The notes under the pieces were generated by a model. It saw only the letters and a list, made by a program, of their open reading frames with translations. It searched no databases and was not told the DNA's origin. A DNA stretch of 64,000 nt from contig NC_087437.1 in the NCBI RefSeq assembly GCF_036321535.1, positions 105,464,001 through 105,528,000 of the forward strand, in the 5' to 3' direction. The position numbers were made by a program, and so were the translations under genes. This document shows positions 12,601 to 24,897 of this stretch, piece after piece. This stretch comes from Camelus dromedarius. Its lineage: Eukaryota. Each line of letters begins with the position of its first letter. Within the stretch, counting starts at the first letter, position 1.

Positions 12601-14625
12601 AGTTATTTTAAATTTTACACATTGTCTTCTAGAGATGACAAATTCATATACATATTTAACCATGTTATGATATATGACATAGTCCTGTAACTAGAAACAT
12701 AAAAGACAATTTATCAAAAAAACACAGTTAAAGGTAAACCTAGTTAAGCAAGTAATTTTCTAATATTTATAAACATTTTTAGATTATTAATTTCTGTAAA
12801 CTTATGACTAAGTATAACATTAAAATGAAGATTCTCAAGGGATTTTATGGATCAGAAATTCATACGACATTGAATTTACTGCCAAATTGTGTAAAAAAAT
12901 AAAAAGTTTAGAGCTCTTACAGTTTCACAGTAAAAGAACCAGAATCAATTATTTTGGAAACAAGACAACTATAGGATAATACAGTTTATAACAGAGGCTT
13001 GCAATTTTTCAGCCCAATAAACTGTGTTACATAATAAAATATAAAAAGCAAATCCCTACCCTCTCCCCAACACACACACACACAGAGTAACTGAAAATGG
13101 TGAAGCTGGTGCAGTTAAAACAGGGTTTGTGGTCTATCTGTCACTCACAATAAACTCAGAACCCTCCACCCAGTAGGGGTTGTACCTGCAGAAGACCAAG
13201 AGGAATGATTGAAACCCAAAAGTCTATTTGCTAAATTGATATTTAGCAAATTATGAGGATGTGGCTGATAAACTATTGTATAAGCAAAACATTTTTTCAA
13301 GGCATTAACAGAATTGCTCTACTATTTCTAGAAAACATCATAAAAAATTTAGCAACTGTGCTTTTTATTTGCATGAAACAATTCTATACTATATTGAAGA
13401 TATTTTAGTGTAATGGGTATTTTCTGATACTAATGATATATTTCATTCAAACAAGTTTGAAGAATGAAAGATCAGAAGGCAAATCAAAATCTTGATATCC
13501 CTTTGAGGAAAGAAGATACCAAACTGGCACATGTTAGTGTCTTAGATAATAGAAATCCAATAATTGAGAAACTCTTAAAAATCTCAATGGATAAAAATAG
13601 GTTCTATGATCACAGCAGCAATTCAAGATATATAGGAAGGGTAAAAATCAACTTATTTCACAGACTCTGTCTAAATTATCTTAACTCAAACAAGTGATTA
13701 TAATGTTAACAGCTAAATATAATTTTGCTTATATAAAATTTAGAAGAATTAAAATTATCTTCAAAAGTATTAATTGAAAAATAATTTGATTATTTAATAA
13801 GGCTAAAGTAAACGGTATTATATCTAATTGGGGCTAAATTTAATCATGTCTGTGGATTTTTAAAATACTACTGCAAAAAATGTACAAAACACTAAAGCAA
13901 TGTTTCAGTTTAACTGTTATCACATATTTTTTTCTCGTAATGAAGTTCCTCTTGTTTTACCTGCAAACTAAAAAGCTAGCAGTTACCAAAATAGTGAGTA
14001 AACCGTATTCCAGGAATTGATATCTTTCATCCCTTATGATGTTACAAGAAGAGCTAAAATTATGCTTAATGTTTTCCAAACATGTTTTCATTCAGAATTT
14101 GAATTTTTAAGATAAAAGACATTAAAATTCGCATAGAAGAAATGATCATATGAATAAACTATACATTAAAACTTTATAGTAACACAACTAATATGGATCA
14201 AGAAGAATGTATGTTTTAGAAAACATGATCAGGATATTTAATACAGAACATGTAATGGTAGAAATTTAAGAAAGATGTGCATTTTCTATATAGCACTGAT
14301 TTATTTAAAATCTTCTCATACCTGGATTTAAGGTTTAAATGTTAACTTCATAAATAATTGCTAATTGCCCCATTTTGTGAATCCAGTCAAAGCTCCTGAT
14401 AGTTGCTAAGTAAGATTATCTATTCTCTCTTTGCTGTAAGATAGTAATTTTTATTTTATTAGATTCACGTTGCATTAAAATTGATTTTACTACTTCTTAA
14501 ATTCACTAAAAGGCCATTCCTTTGTCTCAATTAACATACAAAAAATGAGATGTAGAGTTTAGATGACTTGTTCAAGGACACATATGACTTAGAGGGAAAA
14601 TTAGAATTTTCTTTGCTTAATTTTT

Positions 14626-14832
14626 TTAAATATATATTTTTATTGAAGTATAGTCAGCTCTCAATGTTGTGCCAATTTCTGGTGTACAGCACAATACTTC
14701 AGTCATATAGGAACATGTATATATTCATTTTCATATTCTTTTTCACCATAAGTTACTACAAGATACTGAATATAGTTCCCTGTGCTATATAGTATAAACA
14801 TGTTTATCTACTTTAGATATAGTAGTTAATAA
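14626..14832 (-). mobile_element. Short LINE-1 3'-end insertion
   Basis: ttattgaagtatagtcag...tgaatatagttccctgtgctata. 15-bp TSD CTTTGCTTAATTTTT at 14611-14625 and 14833-14847. Confidence 0.9.
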
Positions 14833-16644
14833 CTTTGCTTAATTTTTCAATGTGTTGCTGTCTTGTGAACAATGTATATTTTAGTAACTTATTTAAAAAT
14901 AGATTACTTTGATAAATACCTTCTTTAGAGAATCTTGAATGCTCTGATATATTTTCACTGCTTTTTATTATCAATACAGTTTTATGAAGTACTAATTTAC
15001 TTTATTACAATAATTACTGCACACAAAATGGAGGCATTTTAAAAAATTACAATAAAATCTTTAAAACTTCATCTTTTAAAATTAATTTTTCTGTGTTTTG
15101 ATTTGACTTCTAAATTGATATAGTTAATTCTATACTTATTGTTGCTTCAAATATTTTTTCCATCTGATAAATACAAATTTCCTGGGATGTAGATTGAAAG
15201 AAAATGATAATATTTTCCCAAATTTTAACAATTGATACAGTTTCATTTATTTTAATCTTTATGCTTTTTTTCCAATGCCAGCTTAAAATCAAATTTTAAA
15301 AATACTTATGATGCCACAAAATAAAAACGATAATAATAATACCAAGATGAAGAAGCACACACACATTTAATTAATATTTTTATTCAAAAATAAAACTGAA
15401 GCTGGCTCATGGTTTTAGCTTTCCATAAGAAATAATTTCTACCTTCAATTCACCAACATATTGTTTTTCTATACTATTTTTCAAGTGTTAAAGTGGAATT
15501 AAAATGCAACCAACTGCTTAACTTATGTCGTTGAAGCTTTATGTACCTCAGAGAGAAGTTGTTAGGATATAAAGTCATTATTACAGTGTTGGCGTTCCTG
15601 TAATTTTCACCATTATCATTGTTAACACAGTATCTCCAAAATTTTGAAATGTCTTGCAATACATTGCTGCTCAAAGAGCATATAACATGCACTATTTTGT
15701 CTTAGATGCATTTGGACATGTATACTCAATATTTAGGGCAACAACTCCTCTTTTTAAAGACACTTCCAGAAACATTCGTTACAATGGGAGAAAACAGTCT
15801 ACTTCTAACATTAAAAGAAGAAAAAAAAAATTTGATACACTGAGAATTCTTGTTTGAAGAGTGGAAAATCCCAAAATGAAAACCAAACCTTTGACTATTT
15901 TTGCAGTTTCCTGGGAGTCTATGATTATTTCAAAATATTTTAAAATTTGAATTTAAGTTCAAAATCTCAAGGATACCAATGTACAGCTTCAAGAAATCTA
16001 TTAATAAAAGTTTCTTTAATGTTGAAAGAAAATGTTATCTGTGGTATCCAAAGGTATTAGAAATAGTTTGATTTATGATGTATCTTCATTCCTTTTGTAC
16101 TTTTGAATTTAAAATATTATGATAATCTAACATAGAAGATATTTTACCATTATAGAGAATTTGATAATTATGTATTTAGTATGAATTTTTGAAGTATTAG
16201 TTTCCAAAAAAGCTACTTATGTTATTTTTATGAATAATGAAGCAAAGTGGCACTTGGGGATATTTATTATGCTGAAATGATACACTCTTCAGGAATGATT
16301 CATGAATGCAATCAGGGATTTATTTATGCAGAATTTACTAAAATAATAAAAAAAGGTATTTAACTTTCAATTCATGGCAAGTTTCCTCTTTTTCATTTTA
16401 TTTTCCTTATTTTTGTTCTAAGTTTACAGCTATGAGTTTCTTCAAATGTCACACTAGTGTTAATCTGTCTCTCTCCAGAAGAAACTACAGCCTTTATGAA
16501 AATGCTCTGTTGACTTGACACAATGCTAAGCAAATAGCTACAACCAATAATATTTTGCTGAGTGAATGCTTGAGTGTTCACATTATTCCAAATAAATTAC
16601 ACTGATTTTTCATGGAGTACCTCAGGTATAGAAATCATTGCTTG

Positions 16645-18130
16645 TTTATTGTGGTAAAAAAAGACACATAACACAAGATGTATCTTCTTAACAAATGTTT
16701 AACTGTACAATACAGAATTATTAACTACAGGCATAATGTTATAGATAGACCTCTAGAACTTCTTCATCCTGTGTAAATGAAACTTTATACACTTTGAAGG
16801 GTAACTCCAGATTTCTACCTCTACCCAACCCTTGGCAACTGCCATTCTGCTTTTTATTTTGATGAATTTGGCTACTTTAAATACCTCATATAAGTGAAAT
16901 AATGTAGTATTTTTCTTTCTCTGACTGGCTTATTTTACTTAGCATCACGTTCTCAAGGTGCATCCATGTTGTGGCATATGACAGGATTTCTTTCTTTATT
17001 ATGGCTGAATAATATTCCATAAGAGATCCCATCTTCTTTAATCTTCAGACCATGTGCATTTATGTTGTCTCCACACCCTGTTTATCGTGAATAATACAGC
17101 AAAGAACACAAGAGTGAAAATACTTTTCAGTTTAAAGATTCCTGATTTCAATTTTTTTGCAACAATATCCAGAATCAGGATTGCTGAATCATACTGTAGT
17201 TCTATTTTTAATATTTTAAGCACTTCATAACATTTTCCATTATGTCTGCACCATTTTGCATTTCCACCATCAATGCACAAGGGTTCCAATTTCTCCACAT
17301 CCTCACCAACACTTATTTTCTGGTTTGTTTGTTTTTACACTGGCCATCTTAACATAGGTGAGATGAGATTACATTGTCATTTTGATTTGCATTTCCCTGA
17401 TGATTAGTGATGTTTAACATCTTTTCATATATCAGTTAGCAATTTGTATGTCTTTACAGAAATGTCTATTGAAATTCTTTGCTCCTTTTTCAATTGAGTT
17501 TTTGTTGCTACTGTTAATGACTTACAGAACTTACTTGTATATTTTGGCTATTAATCCCTTATCAGGTTTATGGTTTGCAAATATTTTTTTTTTCAGTTCA
17601 GTAGGTTGTCTTTTTATTTTGTTGATTGTTTCCTTTCCTGTGCACAAGTTTTCATTATGATGTATTCCCACCAGTTTACTATTGCTTTTGTCATCTCTGC
17701 TTTTGGTGGTGTAACCAAGAAATCACTGCCAAAACTAATGACACAAACTCTTCTTTTAGAAATTTTACAGTTTCAGGTTTTATGTTTCAGTCTTTAATCC
17801 ATTTTGAGTTGATTTTAATGTATGGTGTAAGATGAGTATTCAGTTTTATTCCTAAGTATTTTATTCTCTTCAATTTTAATAGGATTTTTCCCTCAATTTT
17901 ATTTTTTTGGCTGCTTATTGTTAGTATATAAAAATACAACAATTTTTTTGTGTGTGTTGATTTTGTATCCTGCAAACTTGCTGCTTTTTTTTAAAGGAGT
18001 TCTATTTATTGTGAAATTGTTCACATTTTTTGCATTTCAGATCACATCTGTGAACAGAGATAATTTTATTTCTTCTTTTTCAATTTGTATTCTGCCAAAT
18101 TGTTGTAGTTAAAACTTCCAGTATGATAAA
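16645..18130 (-). mobile_element. L1MA/L1MB-type LINE-1 3' portion (3' UTR and ORF2 C-terminus), internally deleted near ~17835
   Basis: ctctagaacttcttcatcct; gttccaatttctccacatcctcaccaacact; tttgatttgcatttccctgatgattagtgatg; ttaatccattttgagttgatttt. ORF 17038-17298 is degenerate ORF2 C-terminus (MEKLEPLCIDGGNAKWC). Confidence 0.9.
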
Positions 18131-20102
18131 TTTGGTAAATTCTTGGCTATAGGATATCAAGTGACTTTTTTTTGCATTAAGATTGTATCTGGAGTGATGA
18201 GCTAGAAACTTGATAATTGTTTCACTCATCATTGACATTCAAGAGGATTACTTCAGTTTCAATCTGTAATTCTGTCTCTCTGCTTGAGCCATGAAGTGAT
18301 AGAAATTCTCTACGCATTTTTCTCTCAGAAAGTATAGGAAAATAAAATTTAAGAGAAAGAATATTTTCTGTTTTAACAATGAATTCTAAAAGCTTGACAT
18401 CCATACCATACACAATCTGCTTTATCTCAGCTGCCAGTGCTTAGAGTAAAAATTTCAAAGAATTTTGAAATTCTGCTGCTGGGTCAGAGATTCCATGGTG
18501 GTGGTGCCCCATCAGGGGACCATGGGAAAATCTGTCAATCATCTCTGTCTTCAAACAGTCAAAACCATTTCCACAGAAGCTAAAGTGTTACCAAGTACCC
18601 TACAGCAGTTCAAATATTCAGTTGGCTTTTTCATTATTCTCTCTTTCTATATTTCTACTTCTGTTTTTAACTTATATGTTCTCATTTTGTATTTTAATTT
18701 TACCTGAGGCCCTGATCTTGGATACTCTATATTTCATGATAAAATCAATGTTTAAAAAAATGGCCCCAATCTAATCTAACACAAAACTTTTTTGTGTGAT
18801 CTGATCCATGATCACCGACTGAGAAAAAGTTAAGTTCTGATAAAATGCTTCGATAGCTTTCTTTAAAAAATTTAATGCTATTAAAACTTTTTTTGTGAGA
18901 ATACAATAATCTACTTCATTGTCCATCGAGAATCTATTGTCATCAAGAATCCAATGATTCTTTATTGATCAGCATTTTTTTTCTCTTTTTTTTACACAGT
19001 CTAAAAATGAGTAATTATTTTATTTCTCATAAAGTGTTCCTTTTAAGATTAAATTGCAGTGTTGGCCTGCTTGAGGTCATTTACCTTAAAGGAAAATTAT
19101 AATACAATTTGACATGTGTTTGTTAATGTTTGAAATGCTTTTTTTATAATATGATGAAACTATTTTATTTTGCTGTAAATTCTATTTCAATTATCTTTTT
19201 CAGTTTGTAAAGTTATTTACTTTGTGAGTGTGTGTTGTGTGTGTTATGTGTGTATGAATTCATTGAAACAACGATTTTAGTCTCGGTTTTCCCCTACCTC
19301 ATACCATCTAAAGGAGATTAGAATCTTGAAGTTCTTCAAAATTACGTCGTCTGAGAGGCATCCTTTTTGACTCCTTTAACAAGAAAATGCAATTTGTTTG
19401 TGAAAGAGCAGATGAAGCTTCAAATATGGAGACAAGGAGAAGGGTTTACTTTTTAAAGGTTCATTCAATCTGGGTTCAGGAAAGATGACAGAAATGGTGA
19501 AAGCCACATAGTTTGGGGGTGGGATTGGGGAGTGGGATGCTGGAGGAACTAAGGTTGTTAACAGGTGAGAAGTGAGGGGGAAACAGGGAAGGAGTAAGAA
19601 TCAGAATGTGTGTGCCTTCCATGGTTTTGGAGAAATACAGGAAAGAATTCGATTTCTGTTAAAATTAGTACAAGAAAGGTAATCTTTCTAATGTGAGCAT
19701 TTGTTTTACATAGATCTAAGTATAGGTATTTTATGAAAAAATGGACTTGCTACAGTAATTTATTACCTCTTTAATACATAGAAGATTCAACCTGCAAAAC
19801 TACTAACTTATTTATTTGAAGGTATAGACAAGTTCATACTTGGAATCACTGCTGTGAGCACTGCTATTTTATGATAGCTTTGGGGCAAGTAAAGAAAAGA
19901 CGATCTACCCAGTCTGATTGGAGGACATCATTGACAGCAAAAGAGGGAAGGAAGAGGAGCCAACCCAGTCCTCAGACAGACTTGAAAAATACACAACATA
20001 TTTCAGGGGATAAAAGGCAAACTAACATAGATAGAGATAATGTAAACCTTTCAACTTTGTTTTTCTCTGTGGTTTAATTGGTGTGTTTGGGTTCTACTAG
20101 TT

Positions 20103-20172
20103 GGGGGGGGGGTGTGTGTGTGTGTGTATACATATAAAATATATATAAATATACATACTTATAATATATATA
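20103..20172. repeat. Poly-G followed by (TG)n and TA-rich simple repeat
   Basis: G-run of about 11 then (TG)7 and atatata tracts. Confidence 0.85.
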
Positions 20173-20182
20173 TGTAAATCTC

Positions 20183-20690
20183 CATATAAACTCTAGAATT
20201 AGTTTAAAATTTTCTACCAAAAAATATGTTTGTTAGGATACTGATTTGGGATTGTGTTAAAGATATATATTGCATGGTGAAAAATAAACATTTTAACAAT
20301 TATTAAGCATTCTTATCCATGAAGTTTCCTCCGTTTCTTTAGGTATTTAATTTTCTGAAATGTTCTGTTGTTTTCAGTGTGCCATTTAGTTGTGCCAGTA
20401 TTTTGTTGTCTTCAGTGTGCACATCTTATGTCAAATTTGTCATTATGTCTGTTATTTCTATGCTATTATAAATATGTTTTTCAATTTCTGATTCTTCGTT
20501 GCTAATATGTAGATATATAATTCATTTTTTCATTCTTTTAGTTGTTCCATATATAGACCTTTATATTTAAAGAAGTTTTCTTATGGACAACATATAGTTT
20601 AATCCTTTAATTTTTTCTTTTTTTTCCTTTAAATTTTTCTACTTTGGCAATATATTCCTTTTCATTGATTTGTTTCCTCATTTTGCTTAA
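20183..20690 (-). mobile_element. Old L1M ORF2 fragments
   Basis: catataaactctagaattag...gggattgtgttaaa...cattttaacaat...tcttatccatgaa; ttttcttatggacaacatatagtt. Confidence 0.65.
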
Positions 20691-21435
20691 AAGGCAATGT
20701 TTATCCTGATAATTGCAATGTTGGCACAGAATTTCTAAAGTTTGAATCTGCCTAGGAATTTGTGATTATTGATAATTTGCCAAAAATGCATTTAGTATTA
20801 TATTTTGATGAGACAGATTTATATATGGGCAAATTATTCAGGAAATTTTTGTAAACTTGATTTTCTTAGAGATATTCTGCAGAAAATATTTTAATTTTAT
20901 GAAACTTGCATTAACATAAATGCAGCATCCTGATAAAGACTCAATTTAAGGTTAAAACATCATGCTAATTAGAAACATATTTGATGTTATTTTAATAAAG
21001 TTAACAAGCTGTGCTGAAAAGAACATTCTTAAAAATGTTTCATCTATGTGCTCTTTTGAGGTAATTTATATTTGCTGTTTATATAGTAGACATTGTCTTA
21101 CCTTAAAATGAAAAGCATTGTAGTAGCCCCCAGAAATTTTCCTGTTAAAGTTTAGTTTTAAAATTAGGGGTTTTTTATCTGTGCTAAAGAGTGCCTACTG
21201 AGTCTTTAACCTTGAGTCAGTTAACTGGTGGATTATTTTCAGCCTATGCGTTGGAACCTCTTTTCACTGTCAACCTCACGCTGAGCACTGGGCTCCTTGA
21301 GTTGCAGTAGTGAGATTGGAAAGCACGTCGTGATTAACCTTCAGTGAAAGTGAGCTAGTATCCTTGCCGCTAATTTGGTATTAAATAGTTTGTATCACAA
21401 ATGGCATCTCTATATTTAAATACCAAAATTAATCA

Positions 21436-21572
21436 TCAGTGAAATATGGACAAGAACAGTACCTACACATAAGGTTATGGTGAAGACTAAGTGTGTTAAT
21501 ATATGTAAAGTATTTGGCATGCTGATACGTGTTTATTATTATCAGCGTCATCATCATCATCATTATCATTAT
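21436..21572 (+). mobile_element. MIR 3' part with a (CAT)n tail
   Basis: cagtacctacacataaggttatggtgaagactaag...taatatatgtaaagtattt; (CAT)n at ~21548-21572. Confidence 0.65.
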
Positions 21573-21863
21573 CCTCTTAGTGAGATGTGCAGAAAATGGA
21601 TGAATAATTACCAAGCATGTATAACTGGTCCTCTGCCAGATGTTTTTCATAATTTACCCCCAATCTGAATGAACATGTATAATAGGCATTATTCTCAGTC
21701 CACAGAATAGGAAGTGACCAGGATCTTTTCTGTCATAAACAAATAGTAGCAATGGTAGGTGCTGCTTTTCTTATATCGCCCACCCTGCACTGTACAATAT
21801 CGGTATTAATAATTAGATACTCATTCTCCAGCTCAAATAGCTATGTATAATCAAACTAGGAGA

Positions 21864-22838
21864 CAACAGCACACTGGTGAAGATTTAACAATCAGCTCCA
21901 GCCACAAAAGAAGATGTATATCTGTAGGTACAGAATTTATTGCAAATTTTACTGTTATAAATTATACATATCATATAATTTACAAATAATAGCAAAATAA
22001 ATAATACTCTTTATGGTAAATTCCATATAGCTCATTGAATTTCATCAAATTCTTTCTTTGATATTTTTGTGAACTATCATGTCTCTAGTCATTCAATATT
22101 TGCATTTGTTGATTTTTGTGTTTATGTGAGAGTATGACAAAAGTCAAATAATGAAAACATGTGTCAGCACTGTCTTCATTCTTTAGTGAAATGAATGAGT
22201 TTCCCTTGCTGAAATGGATAATTGTGAATATTAGAAGTGTATTTCTTCAATTTTTGTGCTATTTACAATGTAATGGTTATACTTTTCAATGTAATTTCAT
22301 GAATAATATGTCTTATTCACTCAGCCAAGAAATAAATATAGCTCTGATTTTTAGTCAAATTTGATGGTGTACAATGGATAGGGACCAAACAGTCAGGGCA
22401 AGGCAGGCAGGGGAATGAGGAATTCAAAACAACGGACTTAAAAGACCTTGAAGAAGACCAGTAAACACTCTCCCCCTTTGCTTTCCTGAGCAAATAGGGG
22501 CTCCAGAAATGATTGAGCATGTGCACTCACGAACCTGAAAATTCCATCCTTGGGGATATAAAAAAGCACTTACAGCCACCTGCAGATGCAGCTCCCTCGC
22601 TGTCCGCAGAGGTCCTGTACCTCTGTGCTGTTTCTTTAACTAATAAAAACTTACCATGTGCTGTGGCACCAGAGTCTCCTGTGAATTCTCTCACTGGGAA
22701 CTGTGGGTCGTTGACCTCTTACCCGCACGCATACAATCACTGTAGCTGATTTTAAGTTACCAACGTGACATCACTGGGTGTGGAGCTGGGAAGAGATGCC
22801 CATTGGCATACCATCATAGAGTATTTACCCCATACAGG
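21864..22838 (-). mobile_element. MER63-like hAT-Blackjack DNA transposon, interrupted by an LTR
   Basis: aatttacaaataat...aatactctttatggtaaattccatatagc and ttaccaacgtgacatcactg...gggaagagatgc match the recalled MER63 consensus on both sides of the LTR. Confidence 0.72.
22375..22731 (+). mobile_element. Complete 357-bp solo LTR nested in MER63
   Basis: TG...CA termini, 5-bp TSD TACAA (22370-22374 and 22732-22736), TATAAAA at 22557-22563, AATAAA at 22642-22647. Confidence 0.88.
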
Positions 22839-23501
22839 CTTAAGCCTGTAGCAAAGTGAGATCACTGACTGACAAAATCTGTTCATACTGGCCCATGTCC
22901 ACACTTATCTAACCTAAGTGGTCTTTGGTTACTGCCCATGACACCAAAGGCCTCAAACTTGGAATAACTTGTAGCACGTTTTTATCAGTTGGTAAGTATT
23001 TAAAAAACAAATCCTGCACATGCACAGAATTTGTCCCAGAAGCATTTTGAAAGATGTACATATTCAGCCAGAGTCATGAAAGCCTCACTGGTTTGAGGGT
23101 CCATGTGACTTCAGAGGCTATTGCCTTTAGAGTGTCCATGTGGCAACCTAGCCACTGGGCATGGTAGCACAGCCGTAACTGAAAGATATTTGGCTCTAAT
23201 AAAAAGCCACTTGTACCTGCTCTTAGGGAAGGAATTTTAGTTGTAACAGTTCACCAGCAGTTAAGAATGTCTTCCACAGACCCACAGCCAGTCTGTAAAC
23301 TAACACCTAAAATGGTATTCCAGACACAAGCCATAGGGATATTCTTTTCCATCTTCTTTTTCAATAGTGTACTTTTGAATTTTATGAATTAAGTTTATTT
23401 TATAATAAATAGAAAATATGAACCGATAGCCCCAACTTCAGAATGGGTTGTATTCTAAAAGTACAACAATTTGATTTTTTAAGAAAATTGGAAAATATTT
23501 T

Positions 23502-24005
23502 TGTTACCAAGTCCAAACTTGTTCTGTTCACTGCATAGCTAATATATTGGGAGATGAGGTGTTGGGGCAAGAAATAACAACTTTATTCAGAAAGCCAGTA
23601 GACTGAGAAATTGGGGGTTTAATGTCCTAGGGAATCATCTTCCCCAAGTCAGAATTTGGACCCCTTTTAAAAAGAGGGGGGATGTGGTTGGCTGTTGAAA
23701 ACTTCTTGGTGTGGGAATCCTTTGTTTTTGCAGCTGTCCACTTGGGTCAGCTCATGATGTTCCTGTAAACCTCCAACAAGGCAACTTTATATTCTGCAAC
23801 TTTTTATCTTAATATGAAAGGGAATGTGTTGTATCCTTAAAAGTCAGAGACTTGAGAATGGGCTATCCTGTATATTTCAAGCTAGATGCAAAATTCTTTT
23901 ACAAAAGGTGCAGAATCAGCATGGCTAAGCACAGGAGACAGAGCGCAGGGTTAGAGCTAAAGGAACAGATCTAATATGGAATCAGATTTGTTCTTCCCTA
24001 CTATG
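23502..24005 (-). mobile_element. ERV1 solo LTR (MER41-like), left member of an inverted pair
   Basis: Minus strand reads catagtagggaagaacaaatctgattccatattag...ttggacttggtaaca. AATAAA appears as tttatt at 23582-23587. 4-bp TSD TTTT (23498-23501 and 24006-24009; low complexity). Confidence 0.88.
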
Positions 24006-24367
24006 TTTTCTCCAGTAAAGGTATTAAAAACTTTTATAAAACTTCCCAAGTGTACTCCCCATAGTCATTTAAGCCAGAACATTCTGGATTTTAATTCTAT
24101 GAATAAATTTGAGCTCTGGAGGCTCTAGTTCTATTTACCTTCATATATTGAAAGATTGATATTTTTCTTAAAATTTTCTATAAAAATATCCTTCGTATGT
24201 ATCTTAACTGAGTCTATTTTTCTTTTTGCTTATACATATCAACCCACCTGCTAATTGATCTGCATTTAACTGAAGATAGGCACCATATGCTTTTAATCTA
24301 TTTTGTATAAATATTTCGAAGAATGTCCTTCAATTTCGATGTAACATATATGTTCTTATAACCATAT

Positions 24368-24897
24368 TATAATAGAAAAGAACAAATCTTATTCCATATT
24401 AGATCTGTTCCTTTTACTCTAACTCTGTGCCCTGTTTCCTAGGCTTAGCCTCGCTGGTGCTGCACCTTTTGTAAAAGAATGTTGCCTAGAGACTGAAATA
24501 TGCAGAAGAGTCTATTCTCAAGGCTCTAATCTTTAAGGATTCTAACATTTTCCCATTTACATAAGGACAACAAGTTGCAGAATAGAAAATAATGTTTCTT
24601 TTGTTGGAGGTTTACAAGGACACCATGATCTGACCCACATGGACAGCTGCAAGAACAAAAGATTCCAAGAACAAAGAATTCCTACACCAGAAAGTCTGCA
24701 ACAACCGAGCATTCCCCTCCCCTTTTTAGTAGAAAAAGAATTCTGACCTGGGGAAGATGTTTCTCCAGGGCATTAGTCTGCCATCTTCTTAGTCTGCTGT
24801 CTTCCTGAATAAAGTCATTATTCCTTGCCCCAACATCTCGTCTCCCGATTTATTTGCTTGTCATGTGTTGAGCAGAATGAGTTTGGACTTGGTAACA
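24368..24897 (+). mobile_element. ERV1 solo LTR (MER41-like), right member of an inverted pair
   Basis: tataatagaaaagaacaaatcttattccatattag...ttggacttggtaaca. AATAAA at 24808-24813. 4-bp TSD ATAT (24364-24367 and 24898-24901). Confidence 0.9.

Noticed and set aside
17038..18112. Cluster of ORFs with ORF2-like peptides
   Set aside because: Frameshifted, stop-ridden remnants of an old L1 with no intact reading frame.
21477..21668. ORF with a poly-His run (and a poly-Met ORF on the opposite strand)
   Set aside because: Produced by a (CAT)n microsatellite at a MIR tail.
22597..22620. REST/RE1-like half sites inside the nested LTR
   Set aside because: Mismatched left half and non-canonical spacing make it too weak to call.
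23502..24897. Possible provirus, or DNA transposon with long terminal inverted repeats
   Set aside because: The LTRs are inverted rather than direct, each has its own TSD, and the spacer shows no primer-binding site, polypurine tract or coding sequence.
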